Assembly (NCBI GenBank): GCA_964574595.1
Contig: CAZNOF010000009.1
Span: forward strand, 2,996 to 66,995
DNA length: 64,000 nucleotides
DNA from: an uncultured Pseudomonadales bacterium
Lineage (GTDB): Bacteria; Patescibacteriota; Microgenomatia; UBA1400; PJMF01
Reading direction: 5' to 3'
Part shown: piece by piece, positions 27,776 to 36,905 of the stretch
Layout of the letters: each line of letters begins with the position of its first letter
How positions within the stretch are numbered: position 1 is the first letter of the stretch
Program-made: the position numbers and the translations under genes
The notes under the pieces: model-generated
What the model was told of the DNA's origin: nothing
The model's database searches: none
The model's input: the letters and a program-made list of their open reading frames with translations, nothing else

Positions 27776-28576
27776 ATGTCCAAATTAGCCGACTTCACTT
27801 CCTTATTATTTGACGTAGACAATACCTTGAATAATTCACAAAAAGTGATTAGCCCTGCAACCATTCAGGCACTCTCTGACCTCCAGCCTAAGTACTACAC
27901 CGCCATCTGCACCGGCAGAATTTATGCTGCCTTGGAAAAGTACGTGTTCCCATACTTTCCAGCTAACTCAGTTCATATCATCTGTGGGGGAGCCCAATTG
28001 GTCAGAACAACCGGTGAAGTCCTCTGGGAAAAGACAATTCCTGAGAAAACCAGTGCCGCACTGTGTAAAATTTTATCAAAAGCTCATATCGATTTTCTGT
28101 TAAGCCAAGAAGAGAAAATGTATGCCACATCGGCTTTTAAAGCTCGTTTAACAAATGGTTCAGTCCCTATTTCTTTCGGCGAAATGGATGACTTGAGACA
28201 CTGGGAAACACCTTTAATTAGTATTCCGCAATTTACCGACCAAGCCAAAGACATCCTGAATGACTTTCCAGAACTGTCAATTAAAGAAATGGCCCGAACA
28301 TCTGGTGGATCGTATGCAGATATCACAGCTGAAGGGGTGAACAAAGCTAGTGCCCTTGAGAAATGGTCAGAAATCACCGGCATGAGTTTGGATAAGGCAA
28401 TTGGGTTTGGCGACAGTTCCAATGATATTGAGTTTTTACAAAAAGTTGGGTTTTCTGTGGCAATGGGTAATTCCATTCCAGTCATTAAGGCACTATCAAA
28501 GCGTGTTATTGGTCATACCGATCAAGACGGCTTAGCAGTATACTTGCAGAAAATACTCCAAGGAGACGAATTATGA
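27776..28576 (+). CDS. HAD-IIB (Cof-type) sugar phosphatase
   Basis: Motif I FDVDNTL. Motif IV GDSSNDIEFL. Confidence 0.75.
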   Translation: MSKLADFTSLLFDVDNTLNNSQKVISPATIQALSDLQPKYYTAICTGRIYAALEKYVFPYFPANSVHIICGGAQLVRTTGEVLWEKTIPEKTSAALCKILSKAHIDFLLSQEEKMYATSAFKARLTNGSVPISFGEMDDLRHWETPLISIPQFTDQAKDILNDFPELSIKEMARTSGGSYADITAEGVNKASALEKWSEITGMSLDKAIGFGDSSNDIEFLQKVGFSVAMGNSIPVIKALSKRVIGHTDQDGLAVYLQKILQGDEL

Positions 28577-29655
28577 CCCGCACAATCCCTTTACTCGATT
28601 CCCGTGATGAAATGGCAGCCATTGATAAGAGCAATGTTTTAGGTTCAATTGAAATGCAAGCTAGTCAAATTCAACAAATCTGGGAAGAAGTTCAGAAAAT
28701 TGATGTTGGTCCTCATTTTAGTGAAATTCAAAATGTAGTAGTCGCAGGTATGGGTGGTTCTATCTTAGGCACTCACGTTATCCAATCCATTTTTAAAGAC
28801 GAACTCAAGATTCCCGTCATCATCGCTCCAGATTATACGGTACCTCATTTCGTAAATGAAAACACCTTAGTCATTGCTTCAAGTTACTCTGGCGGTACAG
28901 AAGAAACCTTGGCCGCTGTTCTGGACGCTCAAAAGAAAGGCGCCAAAATCGCTGGAATCACATCTGGCGGCAAACTCGCTGAGTTTTTACACGAAAATAA
29001 CTATCCAGCCCTAGTCTTCGATCCAATCTACAACCCTTCTAAACAACCTCGTATGGCTTTAGGTTACTCAATTTTCGGTCAAATGGCTCTGTTTGCTAGA
29101 GCAGGCGTGATCAACATGACTGAGAAAGAATATAACGATGCATTGAACATCATTGCCCAAGTCCACTTGGAATGCGGCGCAAATGTTCCTCAAGATAAAA
29201 ATCCTGCAAAACTATTAGCTTTTGAAATGAAAGAGTTAATTCCGGTGATCGTGGCCGCTGAGCACCTGGAAGGGAATGCTCACGTTTTTGCCAACCAATT
29301 AAACGAAAACTCCAAGACGTATTCTGAATACAGAATTATTCCAGAAATGAACCATCATTTGATGGAAGGCCTTAAGTTTCCAACTTCCAACGAGCACAAT
29401 TTGTTCTTCTTCATGGTCGAGTCAGATCTATACAACAAAAGTGTTGAACGACGATTTGAGTTAACTCAAGAAGTGCTAGAAAAACACAACATTCGTGTTC
29501 GCACTCATAAACTTGTTGGGAAGACCCGCTTTGAGCAATCATTTGAGATGATGATGCAAGGCGCTTACACCAACTTTTACTTGGCAATGTTAAACAACGT
29601 TGACCCAGCTCCGATTGAAACAGTTGACTGGTTTAAAAGTCAGTTGAAGAAATAG
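28573..29655 (+). CDS. bifunctional phosphoglucose/phosphomannose isomerase (SIS-domain, archaeal type)
   Basis: SIS motif VVAGMGGSILG, two SIS lobes, ~360 aa. ATGA overlap with the HAD stop. Confidence 0.65.
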   Translation: MTRTIPLLDSRDEMAAIDKSNVLGSIEMQASQIQQIWEEVQKIDVGPHFSEIQNVVVAGMGGSILGTHVIQSIFKDELKIPVIIAPDYTVPHFVNENTLVIASSYSGGTEETLAAVLDAQKKGAKIAGITSGGKLAEFLHENNYPALVFDPIYNPSKQPRMALGYSIFGQMALFARAGVINMTEKEYNDALNIIAQVHLECGANVPQDKNPAKLLAFEMKELIPVIVAAEHLEGNAHVFANQLNENSKTYSEYRIIPEMNHHLMEGLKFPTSNEHNLFFFMVESDLYNKSVERRFELTQEVLEKHNIRVRTHKLVGKTRFEQSFEMMMQGAYTNFYLAMLNNVDPAPIETVDWFKSQLKK

Positions 29656-29663
29656 CCAATCAC

Positions 29664-29692
29664 TTGACCTCCTCATATTATAGGTCTATACT
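29664..29692 (+). promoter_or_regulatory. sigma-70-like promoter TTGACC-N17-TATACT
   Basis: -35 at 29664-29669 and -10 at 29687-29692. Same architecture as the 17781 promoter. Confidence 0.45.
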
Positions 29693-29725
29693 TACGGCTT
29701 CGTCCAGTTGTCACAGGTGATTAAC

Positions 29726-29830
29726 ATGTCAATTTTTGACACAATTATCGTAATGGCTGCACAAGCATGGTTCTTTTTGACTCACGGGAATGTGCACAGC
29801 GCACGCAAGCCCGAGAAGAAGAAGAAATAA
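29726..29830 (+). CDS. 34-aa small membrane peptide (hypothetical)
   Basis: SD AGGTGA 5 nt upstream of the ATG. One hydrophobic helix IIVMAAQAWFFL plus a KKKK tail. Own promoter and a downstream hairpin ACCCACC-cttgc-GGTGGGT. Confidence 0.35.
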   Translation: MSIFDTIIVMAAQAWFFLTHGNVHSARKPEKKKK

Positions 29831-29943
29831 AAAAGTGCTTGGAAAACGAATAAAGTAGACCCACCCTTGCGGTGGGTTCTTCATATCAGAATCAATCATC
29901 AATCGCCCTTGCCCTCACTCCTCAAGTAAGCTACTATAAATGA

Positions 29944-31827
29944 GTGCCTGCAAACACCGCTGTTTTTTCTATACTTTCTTTGACCGATGCTCGATCTTTA
30001 CCTAAAGATGAAGTAGGGAGAAGAGTCAGTAAATTACTTGAGTTAGATGCACATTATTTACCACTCCCACAGTGTAGTATCTTTTCCATCCCTTTTCTTA
30101 AAGAGTTGTTTATCCAGAACAAACTAGAAGTTCGAGTTCGATGGCTGCTTGAACACCTCAATTGGCAAGATGAACAGAATCTCAATACCACCAGCTTAGA
30201 GTTACAAACCTTGATCAAGCAAATTCATTGGCCGGTAGAAGCGCAAACTGCTTTCTTTAAAGCGCATCAACAATGGATGTCAAAGGAGTATTTAGCTATC
30301 AGACCTAGTTTTATTAGTGATCAAAGCCATGGGCACTTTAGTTTGCTCCATATCAAAGGTGAAGCCAATATTACAGAATCAATTTTAGAGTTGTGGGCAA
30401 ATATGTATCAGCCACAACATTTAAGCCAGCGCTGGAGAGAGTGGCAAAGTGGAATTCATATTCCAGCTGCTATCCTGGTACAAAAGATGATTCCATCTAA
30501 GAGTTCGGGATTTGCTCACATTTATTTTTCGCCACAAATTCAACAACCAGTTACGTCCATTTACGCTGTCTGGGGTATTACCACCCAACAACAAAGACAT
30601 AAAAGCATGATGGATGAGTTTGTCGTAAATCTGAAAACAAACCAAAGCATTAGACAACATATTAATCTGAAAAAACACGAGTATGTGCTGCAGCTTGACC
30701 AGCTAGACAAGAAGATTGTGCCCTATGAACTTCAAGCACAAGCTTCCTTGAATGATGATGAACTCAAAAAGTTGCTAGAAATCTTGAAAAAAGTCTATAT
30801 CACCATCGGGAAATCGATCACTGAAGCGTTGGAGGTAGAGTGGGCATATGATGGGAAATCATTTTTCTTGCTTCATATTCAGTCCAAGGCAGTTGAGCAG
30901 ATTTTGCCAAATCAAAAATCCATCAGCTCATCTCAGATTCCAAAGTACACCAGCTCAACGACGACAGTGGCAGTCTCTCGACCCAAAACCAAAATCTATT
31001 TAACTACTAACTCAGTAGCCCCAACAGCTCCTCATGACACTAGCCAACTCGCCGGCCTCTGCTTCCAAAGTGATGCTTGGTGGCTTGATCAAAAAGTCCA
31101 TCCCACTGCCTTAATTGAACATGGCCATGCTGACTACGTAAAACATCGCTTAGTCCAAACATTGAAAACATTCTTCAGTCACCAAACTGGCAAAGAAATC
31201 TGGTATCAACCACACGCTCTGACTTCGCAGCAACTGAGTACCCTTGAAGGTAACCGAAGCAGTGATGAAAAGGAAAATAATCCATGGATGGGATACCGAG
31301 GTGCCTTGCGAAACATTCACCAATTTGAAGTCTTTGACTTTGAGCTTGACGTGCTTAGCGATCTGAATAAAGAACTTGATCAGCCGATCCAGCTCCTTTT
31401 ACCCTGGGTGAGATCGAGTACTGAACTCCATTTGATTTACAAACACATTACTCATGCTCCAGTACAGCAATATCACCACTTAAATGTCTGGCTGGAATGT
31501 TCCACGCCAGAAAACCTGTTAAATATTCATCAATATGTAGCCACTCCAATTGCAGGAATCGTGGTCAATCTGGACTCTCTGCACAGTTTGCTCTTTGGAC
31601 TGGATCCGGACAATGAAAATGTGCTTAAATACTATACGGCAGATATTCTTTTACTCAGGTCACTCTTGAAAGCGGTTGCCAAAAGAATTGCTCTCTTTCA
31701 TAAACCGATGATTATTAAGACGCAGCAATCAAGTCACCAGCTGATGTCTTTATTAGAAGAACTAGGGGAAGCAGGAGTCATGGTTCCAAAATCAGAGCTC
31801 CCAAATACCCTTCAGTACTTTAAGTAG
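29944..31827 (+). CDS. PEP-synthase/PPDK N-terminal (ATP-grasp, PPDK_N-like) domain protein lacking a recognisable phospho-His domain
   Basis: LAIRPSFISDQ...ILELWANMY...IPAAILVQKMIPSKSSGFAHIYFSP...EVEWAYDGKSFFLLHIQ parallels the PEPS motifs VAVRSSATAED...VFASLFN...VAVQRMV...SGVMFT...DIEWAKDG. GTG start. Confidence 0.45.
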   Translation: MPANTAVFSILSLTDARSLPKDEVGRRVSKLLELDAHYLPLPQCSIFSIPFLKELFIQNKLEVRVRWLLEHLNWQDEQNLNTTSLELQTLIKQIHWPVEAQTAFFKAHQQWMSKEYLAIRPSFISDQSHGHFSLLHIKGEANITESILELWANMYQPQHLSQRWREWQSGIHIPAAILVQKMIPSKSSGFAHIYFSPQIQQPVTSIYAVWGITTQQQRHKSMMDEFVVNLKTNQSIRQHINLKKHEYVLQLDQLDKKIVPYELQAQASLNDDELKKLLEILKKVYITIGKSITEALEVEWAYDGKSFFLLHIQSKAVEQILPNQKSISSSQIPKYTSSTTTVAVSRPKTKIYLTTNSVAPTAPHDTSQLAGLCFQSDAWWLDQKVHPTALIEHGHADYVKHRLVQTLKTFFSHQTGKEIWYQPHALTSQQLSTLEGNRSSDEKENNPWMGYRGALRNIHQFEVFDFELDVLSDLNKELDQPIQLLLPWVRSSTELHLIYKHITHAPVQQYHHLNVWLECSTPENLLNIHQYVATPIAGIVVNLDSLHSLLFGLDPDNENVLKYYTADILLLRSLLKAVAKRIALFHKPMIIKTQQSSHQLMSLLEELGEAGVMVPKSELPNTLQYFK

Positions 31828-31836
31828 GTAACAACT

Positions 31837-33099
31837 ATGGCCAGTATTCAGTCAATTTTTGCTCGAGAAATTCTTGACTCACGCGGTTTACCCACGATTG
31901 AGTGTTCAGTCTGGTTAGATAATGGTGTCTATGCCGTTTCAAGTGCACCTTCTGGGACTTCAAAAGGCAAATATGAGGCATTAGAACTTCGTGATACCCA
32001 ATCATCTCGAATGGGTGGCTATGGAGTCTTACAAGCTATAAAAAATGTCAACGAACTCATCGCCCCACAACTGATTGGTAAAGATCCAACGAAACAAACA
32101 GATATCGATCAAATCTTAGTACAGCTTGATGGCACACCAAATAAAACAAAACTTGGTGGCAATGCCTTAATTGCTGTTTCGCAAGCCGTACTGAAAGCTG
32201 GCGCCTACAGCGTCAACATGCCTGTTTACTACTATCTACAACAGAAGTATCAGTTGACTGAATCATTAGCCATTCCCACCTGTGTTTATAACTTAATTGA
32301 TGGTGGATCTCATGGAGCGACTAACTTGGACTTCCAGGAATTTCACATTGTTCCTGTAAGTCACATGGATTATTTATCTTCGTTGGAAATGGCTGTTGTC
32401 ATCCGTCAAAAACTTGAGGAAACCTTAATTGCCAAAGGAGCTATTCATTCCGTAGGACTTGATGGCGGGTTTGCGCCTAACTTGTATAACAACACCGATG
32501 CCTTTGAAATTATGATTGAAGCGATCAAAAACTCTCCATATACCTTCATACAAGATTTATTTTTTGGAGTTGATATTTCAGCCTCAGACTTTTATCAAGC
32601 TGGGAAGTACAGCTTGAAAGATAAGTCTCAACCATACACACCCAAAGAACTGTTTGAGTACTACAAAAACATGCGAAAACTCTATCACGTTTTTTCAATT
32701 GAAGATCCGTTCCAAGAAGATGACTGGGATAGCTGGAAATCTATCACCGCAGAACTGGGCGAGACGAGCACCATTGTCGGTGACAATCTATTAGCCGGAA
32801 ATAAAGATCGATTGGAAAAAGCTGTTTCCATGAAAGCCTGTAACTCCATCCTCGTTAAACCAAACCAATTAGGAACCATTACGGAAACAATCGAAGTCAT
32901 TAAGATTGCTAAGGAAGCCGGTTGGCAAATTAGTGTGTCTCATCGAAGTGGTGAGACAAATGACGATTTCATCGCTGATTTTGCCGTTGGCGTTGGCGCG
33001 AATTACGCGAAATTTGGACCACCAAATCGGGGAGAACGCATTGCAAAGTTCAACCGGTTAGCACAAATTTATCAAGACATTAAACAAATGGGCAGCTAG
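31837..33099 (+). CDS. eno: enolase
   Basis: SHRSGETNDDFIADFAVG signature. N-terminal SRGLPTIE. Confidence 0.9.
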   Translation: MASIQSIFAREILDSRGLPTIECSVWLDNGVYAVSSAPSGTSKGKYEALELRDTQSSRMGGYGVLQAIKNVNELIAPQLIGKDPTKQTDIDQILVQLDGTPNKTKLGGNALIAVSQAVLKAGAYSVNMPVYYYLQQKYQLTESLAIPTCVYNLIDGGSHGATNLDFQEFHIVPVSHMDYLSSLEMAVVIRQKLEETLIAKGAIHSVGLDGGFAPNLYNNTDAFEIMIEAIKNSPYTFIQDLFFGVDISASDFYQAGKYSLKDKSQPYTPKELFEYYKNMRKLYHVFSIEDPFQEDDWDSWKSITAELGETSTIVGDNLLAGNKDRLEKAVSMKACNSILVKPNQLGTITETIEVIKIAKEAGWQISVSHRSGETNDDFIADFAVGVGANYAKFGPPNRGERIAKFNRLAQIYQDIKQMGS

Positions 33100-33111
33100 A
33101 AGTGGTAGGCT

Positions 33112-34818
33112 ATGCCTATGGAATTTTCGCAATTGAATTTAACACCTAAAGTTACGAGTGCGCCGTTTGATACAACTCATTTTAAAGAACCATATAAAGG
33201 TCCTAAACCAGTTGTATTATTAATTTTGGACGGATGGGGAATTGGACCGAACAATGCGGGAAATGCGATTGCCCGAGCCAATACTCCTAACATGAAGAAG
33301 TACTGGATTTCTTTTCCTCACACCCAACTTTCAGCGAGTGGACAAGCTGTGGGCTTGCCAGTAGGCGAAGATGGAAATACCGAGACAGGTCACTTAAATA
33401 TTGGTGCTGGAAGTATCGTCTACCAAGATTTGCCTCGTATTAACATGGCTATCTCTGATGGTTCGTTTAACAAAAATGAAGCTTTCCAAAAGGCCTTTGA
33501 TCACGTTGCTAAAAATAATTCCTCACTACATCTGATGGGCTTAGTTGGGGCAGGTGGCGTTCACTCAAATATTGAACATCTTTTCTCACTGATTGAACTG
33601 TGTAGCAAGAAAAAAGTTGAACGAGTTTACATTCATGCTTTTACCGATGGACGTGACTCACCGCCAACTTCTGGAACAAAATACTTAGCAGAAGTTGAGA
33701 AGGTTTGTAAAAAGTTTGGTGTAGGAAAAATTGTGAGCGTGATGGGCAGATACTTTGCCATGGATCGCGATAAGCGCTGGGAAAGAATTGAAAAGGCGTA
33801 CGACTGTTTGACAATCGGTTCTGAAAATACTGCTACATCTGTCATTCAAGCTGTAGAAGAACAGTACAAAAAAGGTGTGACTGATGAATTTATCGAACCC
33901 ACCAACATCTGCGATATTCCTGATCAAAAAACACTCATTCAAGACAATGACGCTGTCATCTTTTTTAACTATCGTATCGATAGACCGCGTGAGTTAACAA
34001 ATGCCTTTGTGACGCCGGACTTTGAAAAAGGTATTAAGGAAGAGAGTTTTGACCCTTATGCGATTAAGTATGAAAAGTCGCATCTCAAGAAAGTGACCGG
34101 TACACCAGTCTTTAAACGAAAGAAGATTGTAGCTGGCCTCAACTTTATTACCATGACAATGTATGACGAAAAATTACCGGTTGATGTAGCATTTCCTCCG
34201 CAATATATTGCCAATCCACTAGGAAAAGTTTTAGCCGATCACGGTGTCAGGCAACTAAGAATGGCTGAAACCGAAAAAGAAAAGTTTGTTACGTACTATA
34301 TGAATGGACAAGAAGAGACAATCTTTCCTGGAGAGAGCAGAATTATCATCCCATCAAAGGGAGCAAAATCGTATGACCAAGTTCCTGAGATGAGTGCTCG
34401 TGAGATCACCGAGCACATGTTGCAGCAAATTAAAAAAAGCATTTTTGATGTGGTGATTTGCAACTTTGCAAATGCTGACATGGTAGCTCACACTGGAAAC
34501 CTGGAAGCATCAATTAAAGCTTGTGAAGTGATTGATGAATGTATCGGAAAAATTGTAGCCGAAGTGACTCTTCGTGGTGGGATCGTCATGATCACCGCTG
34601 ACCATGGTAACTGTGAGGAACTCATTAACGAGAAAACTGGCGAAGTTGACACAGAACATTCCATTTATCCTGTACCATTTATTATTATTGGAAAGCAATA
34701 TTTAGGTAGAACCACCATGTTGCCATCCGGAATTTTGGCAGATGTCGCGCCAACATTACTTTCCATTATGGGAATTGCAAAACCTGAGAATATGCATGGT
34801 CGAGCATTAATAGAGTAG
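33112..34818 (+). CDS. gpmI: 2,3-bisphosphoglycerate-independent phosphoglycerate mutase
   Basis: LILDGWGIG N-terminal metal-site motif, ADHGN, 568 aa. Confidence 0.9.
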   Translation: MPMEFSQLNLTPKVTSAPFDTTHFKEPYKGPKPVVLLILDGWGIGPNNAGNAIARANTPNMKKYWISFPHTQLSASGQAVGLPVGEDGNTETGHLNIGAGSIVYQDLPRINMAISDGSFNKNEAFQKAFDHVAKNNSSLHLMGLVGAGGVHSNIEHLFSLIELCSKKKVERVYIHAFTDGRDSPPTSGTKYLAEVEKVCKKFGVGKIVSVMGRYFAMDRDKRWERIEKAYDCLTIGSENTATSVIQAVEEQYKKGVTDEFIEPTNICDIPDQKTLIQDNDAVIFFNYRIDRPRELTNAFVTPDFEKGIKEESFDPYAIKYEKSHLKKVTGTPVFKRKKIVAGLNFITMTMYDEKLPVDVAFPPQYIANPLGKVLADHGVRQLRMAETEKEKFVTYYMNGQEETIFPGESRIIIPSKGAKSYDQVPEMSAREITEHMLQQIKKSIFDVVICNFANADMVAHTGNLEASIKACEVIDECIGKIVAEVTLRGGIVMITADHGNCEELINEKTGEVDTEHSIYPVPFIIIGKQYLGRTTMLPSGILADVAPTLLSIMGIAKPENMHGRALIE

Positions 34819-34821
34819 TGT

Positions 34822-36882
34822 ATGCACGCATTAAATCTTTTCTTTCAAGCTAAATCGATTGCCGTGATTGGCGCTTCTACAAATCCGCTCAAAGTCGGAA
34901 ATCAAATTTTTCGCAACCTTGATAAAAACAATGCACCTCATCCGTTTGCCAAGAAGCTTTATCCAATCAATCCTCACATGACTTCGTTGCTCGGACATCA
35001 GGCATACCCCAGCATTCTGGATGTTCCTGCCCCTGTAGAAGTCGTGATTATCGTGACACCAGCTGTTACGGTACAGGAAATCACTGATCAAATTTTACAA
35101 CGAAATAAAAAGCTGCCAGCCTCTGAACAAGTCAAAGGCGTGTTGATCATCTCGGCAGGTTTTGCTGAAACAAGCAAAGAGGGAAAAGCACTTCAGGAAG
35201 CGGTAACCGCCAAACTAGCGAGTGCCAACATTCGAGTTCTAGGACCAAACAGTTTGGGAATTAGCAGCTCAGTAAATCACGTCAACGCCTCATTTGCACA
35301 AAAACTCATTCCAGAGGGAAACATCGCACTGATCTCTCAATCAGGCGCCATGCTGACGGCGCTCTTTGACGTCATCTCAAGCAGCCAGCTAGGAATTTCC
35401 TTCTCTGTTTCCTTAGGCAATAAAGCAGATATAAACGAAAATGATTGTTTAGAATATGCCGCAAATGATCCTCAAACCAGAGTCATCGCTTTGTATCTAG
35501 AATCGTTTTCTGACTTGCCAGGTTTTTTTGAACTGGTGAGTAGCATCTCCAAAAAGAAACCAGTCATTGTCCTAAAGGGTGGTACTTCACAGCGGGGACA
35601 AGCGGCGTCAGCCTCACATACCGCAGCATTGGCAACAAATCAGGTGCTTCTGGCAGCTGCGGCCAAGCAAATGGGTTTTGTGTTAGTGAACACTATTGAA
35701 GAATTAATTAATACAGTCTTCTTCTTGTCGAGCCATCATTACCTTATTCAAAATGCCATGATTGTGACTAATGCTGGCGGACCTGCCGTTAACACCATTG
35801 ACCGATTGGCCGAAGAAAAAGTCGAACTGGCTCAATGGTCAAATTTGAGCAAAAGTGAACTTGATCGCTTAATTCCCGGTCTGCCAGTTCACAACCCTCT
35901 CGATTTATTAGGCGATGCTTCACCAGATCGTTACAAATTTGCCATTCAAATCGCTCAACGTGATCAAAATATCGATAGTATCCTGGTAATTATTACCCCT
36001 CAAGCCGTAACGGATATCCCTGCAATTGTGAATCAATTAATTGCGTTACGTGGCAAAAAACCAGTTTTGGTGGCACTCATGGGTGGAGATCATTTAGACA
36101 AGTTCAGAGTTCAACTCAGAGAAGCAGGCTTCACATGCACCAACTTTCCAAATGATTTAGTGAATATTTTGCAATACACTCGAAAAGTCACCGACTTTCA
36201 TTTCTCTAAAAAACGCTTTGTGACTAGCACAATTCACCGAGCACAAACCCCTGCTAAACCAGCTCTGACTTCTTTAAAAAAGCTATTTGGACTTTTGAAA
36301 GAGTATAAATTGCAGATTCCCGAATATAAGATCATTACAAAAGAGACCTTCCCGGAACTTAGAAAACTGAAATACCCACTTTTTGCCAAAACTGCCAACT
36401 TGTCGATTCAGCATAAAAAAGAAGTTGGTGCCTTAGTTGGCAAAGTAGATTCCTTCAGTAAAGCGGCCAAAGCGTTTCACCAGCTGAAGAAATTTGGCGA
36501 CGAAGTTCTGTTTCAGGAGATCATCCCGATTGATACTGAGATCTTATTAGGAATTGAAAATGACCCTCAATTTGGTCTCTACTTGAGTATTGGCTTAGGT
36601 GGCAGCCATTCAAATATCCTGGCAGATAGAGCATATGTTTTCTTGCCGGCAGTTAAAGAGGAGCTCCGATCCGCCTGGCAACAGACAAAGGCACACCAGA
36701 TCTTAAAAAAAGACGATCTCTCTGAGAACATTTTAGAAGTAATGGTTATCTTGCAAAAAATAGTCATGAAAAACAGCTGGATTAAGTCAATTGAAGTCAA
36801 TCCGCTAGCCATAAACTCAGAAGGAGCTTGGGTAGTAGATATTAAGGTAACTGGCTTTGACACACTTCCAAGTGGCGAGTAA
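34822..36882 (+). CDS. acetate--CoA ligase (ADP-forming), fused alpha-beta (NDP-forming acyl-CoA synthetase)
   Basis: N-terminal CoA-binding IAVIGAS...VGN. The phospho-His region and a C-terminal ATP-grasp segment (EYKLQIPEYK...) fit the ~690-aa ACD architecture. Confidence 0.75.
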   Translation: MHALNLFFQAKSIAVIGASTNPLKVGNQIFRNLDKNNAPHPFAKKLYPINPHMTSLLGHQAYPSILDVPAPVEVVIIVTPAVTVQEITDQILQRNKKLPASEQVKGVLIISAGFAETSKEGKALQEAVTAKLASANIRVLGPNSLGISSSVNHVNASFAQKLIPEGNIALISQSGAMLTALFDVISSSQLGISFSVSLGNKADINENDCLEYAANDPQTRVIALYLESFSDLPGFFELVSSISKKKPVIVLKGGTSQRGQAASASHTAALATNQVLLAAAAKQMGFVLVNTIEELINTVFFLSSHHYLIQNAMIVTNAGGPAVNTIDRLAEEKVELAQWSNLSKSELDRLIPGLPVHNPLDLLGDASPDRYKFAIQIAQRDQNIDSILVIITPQAVTDIPAIVNQLIALRGKKPVLVALMGGDHLDKFRVQLREAGFTCTNFPNDLVNILQYTRKVTDFHFSKKRFVTSTIHRAQTPAKPALTSLKKLFGLLKEYKLQIPEYKIITKETFPELRKLKYPLFAKTANLSIQHKKEVGALVGKVDSFSKAAKAFHQLKKFGDEVLFQEIIPIDTEILLGIENDPQFGLYLSIGLGGSHSNILADRAYVFLPAVKEELRSAWQQTKAHQILKKDDLSENILEVMVILQKIVMKNSWIKSIEVNPLAINSEGAWVVDIKVTGFDTLPSGE

Positions 36883-36905
36883 ACAGAAATCGAGTATAAT
36901 TTCAT

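Noticed and set aside
29944-31827. Annotating ORF29944 as a functional PEP synthase (ppsA)
   Set aside because: Only the N-terminal nucleotide-binding domain is recognisable. The catalytic His domain and PEP-binding barrel are not. It is described as PEPS-like only.
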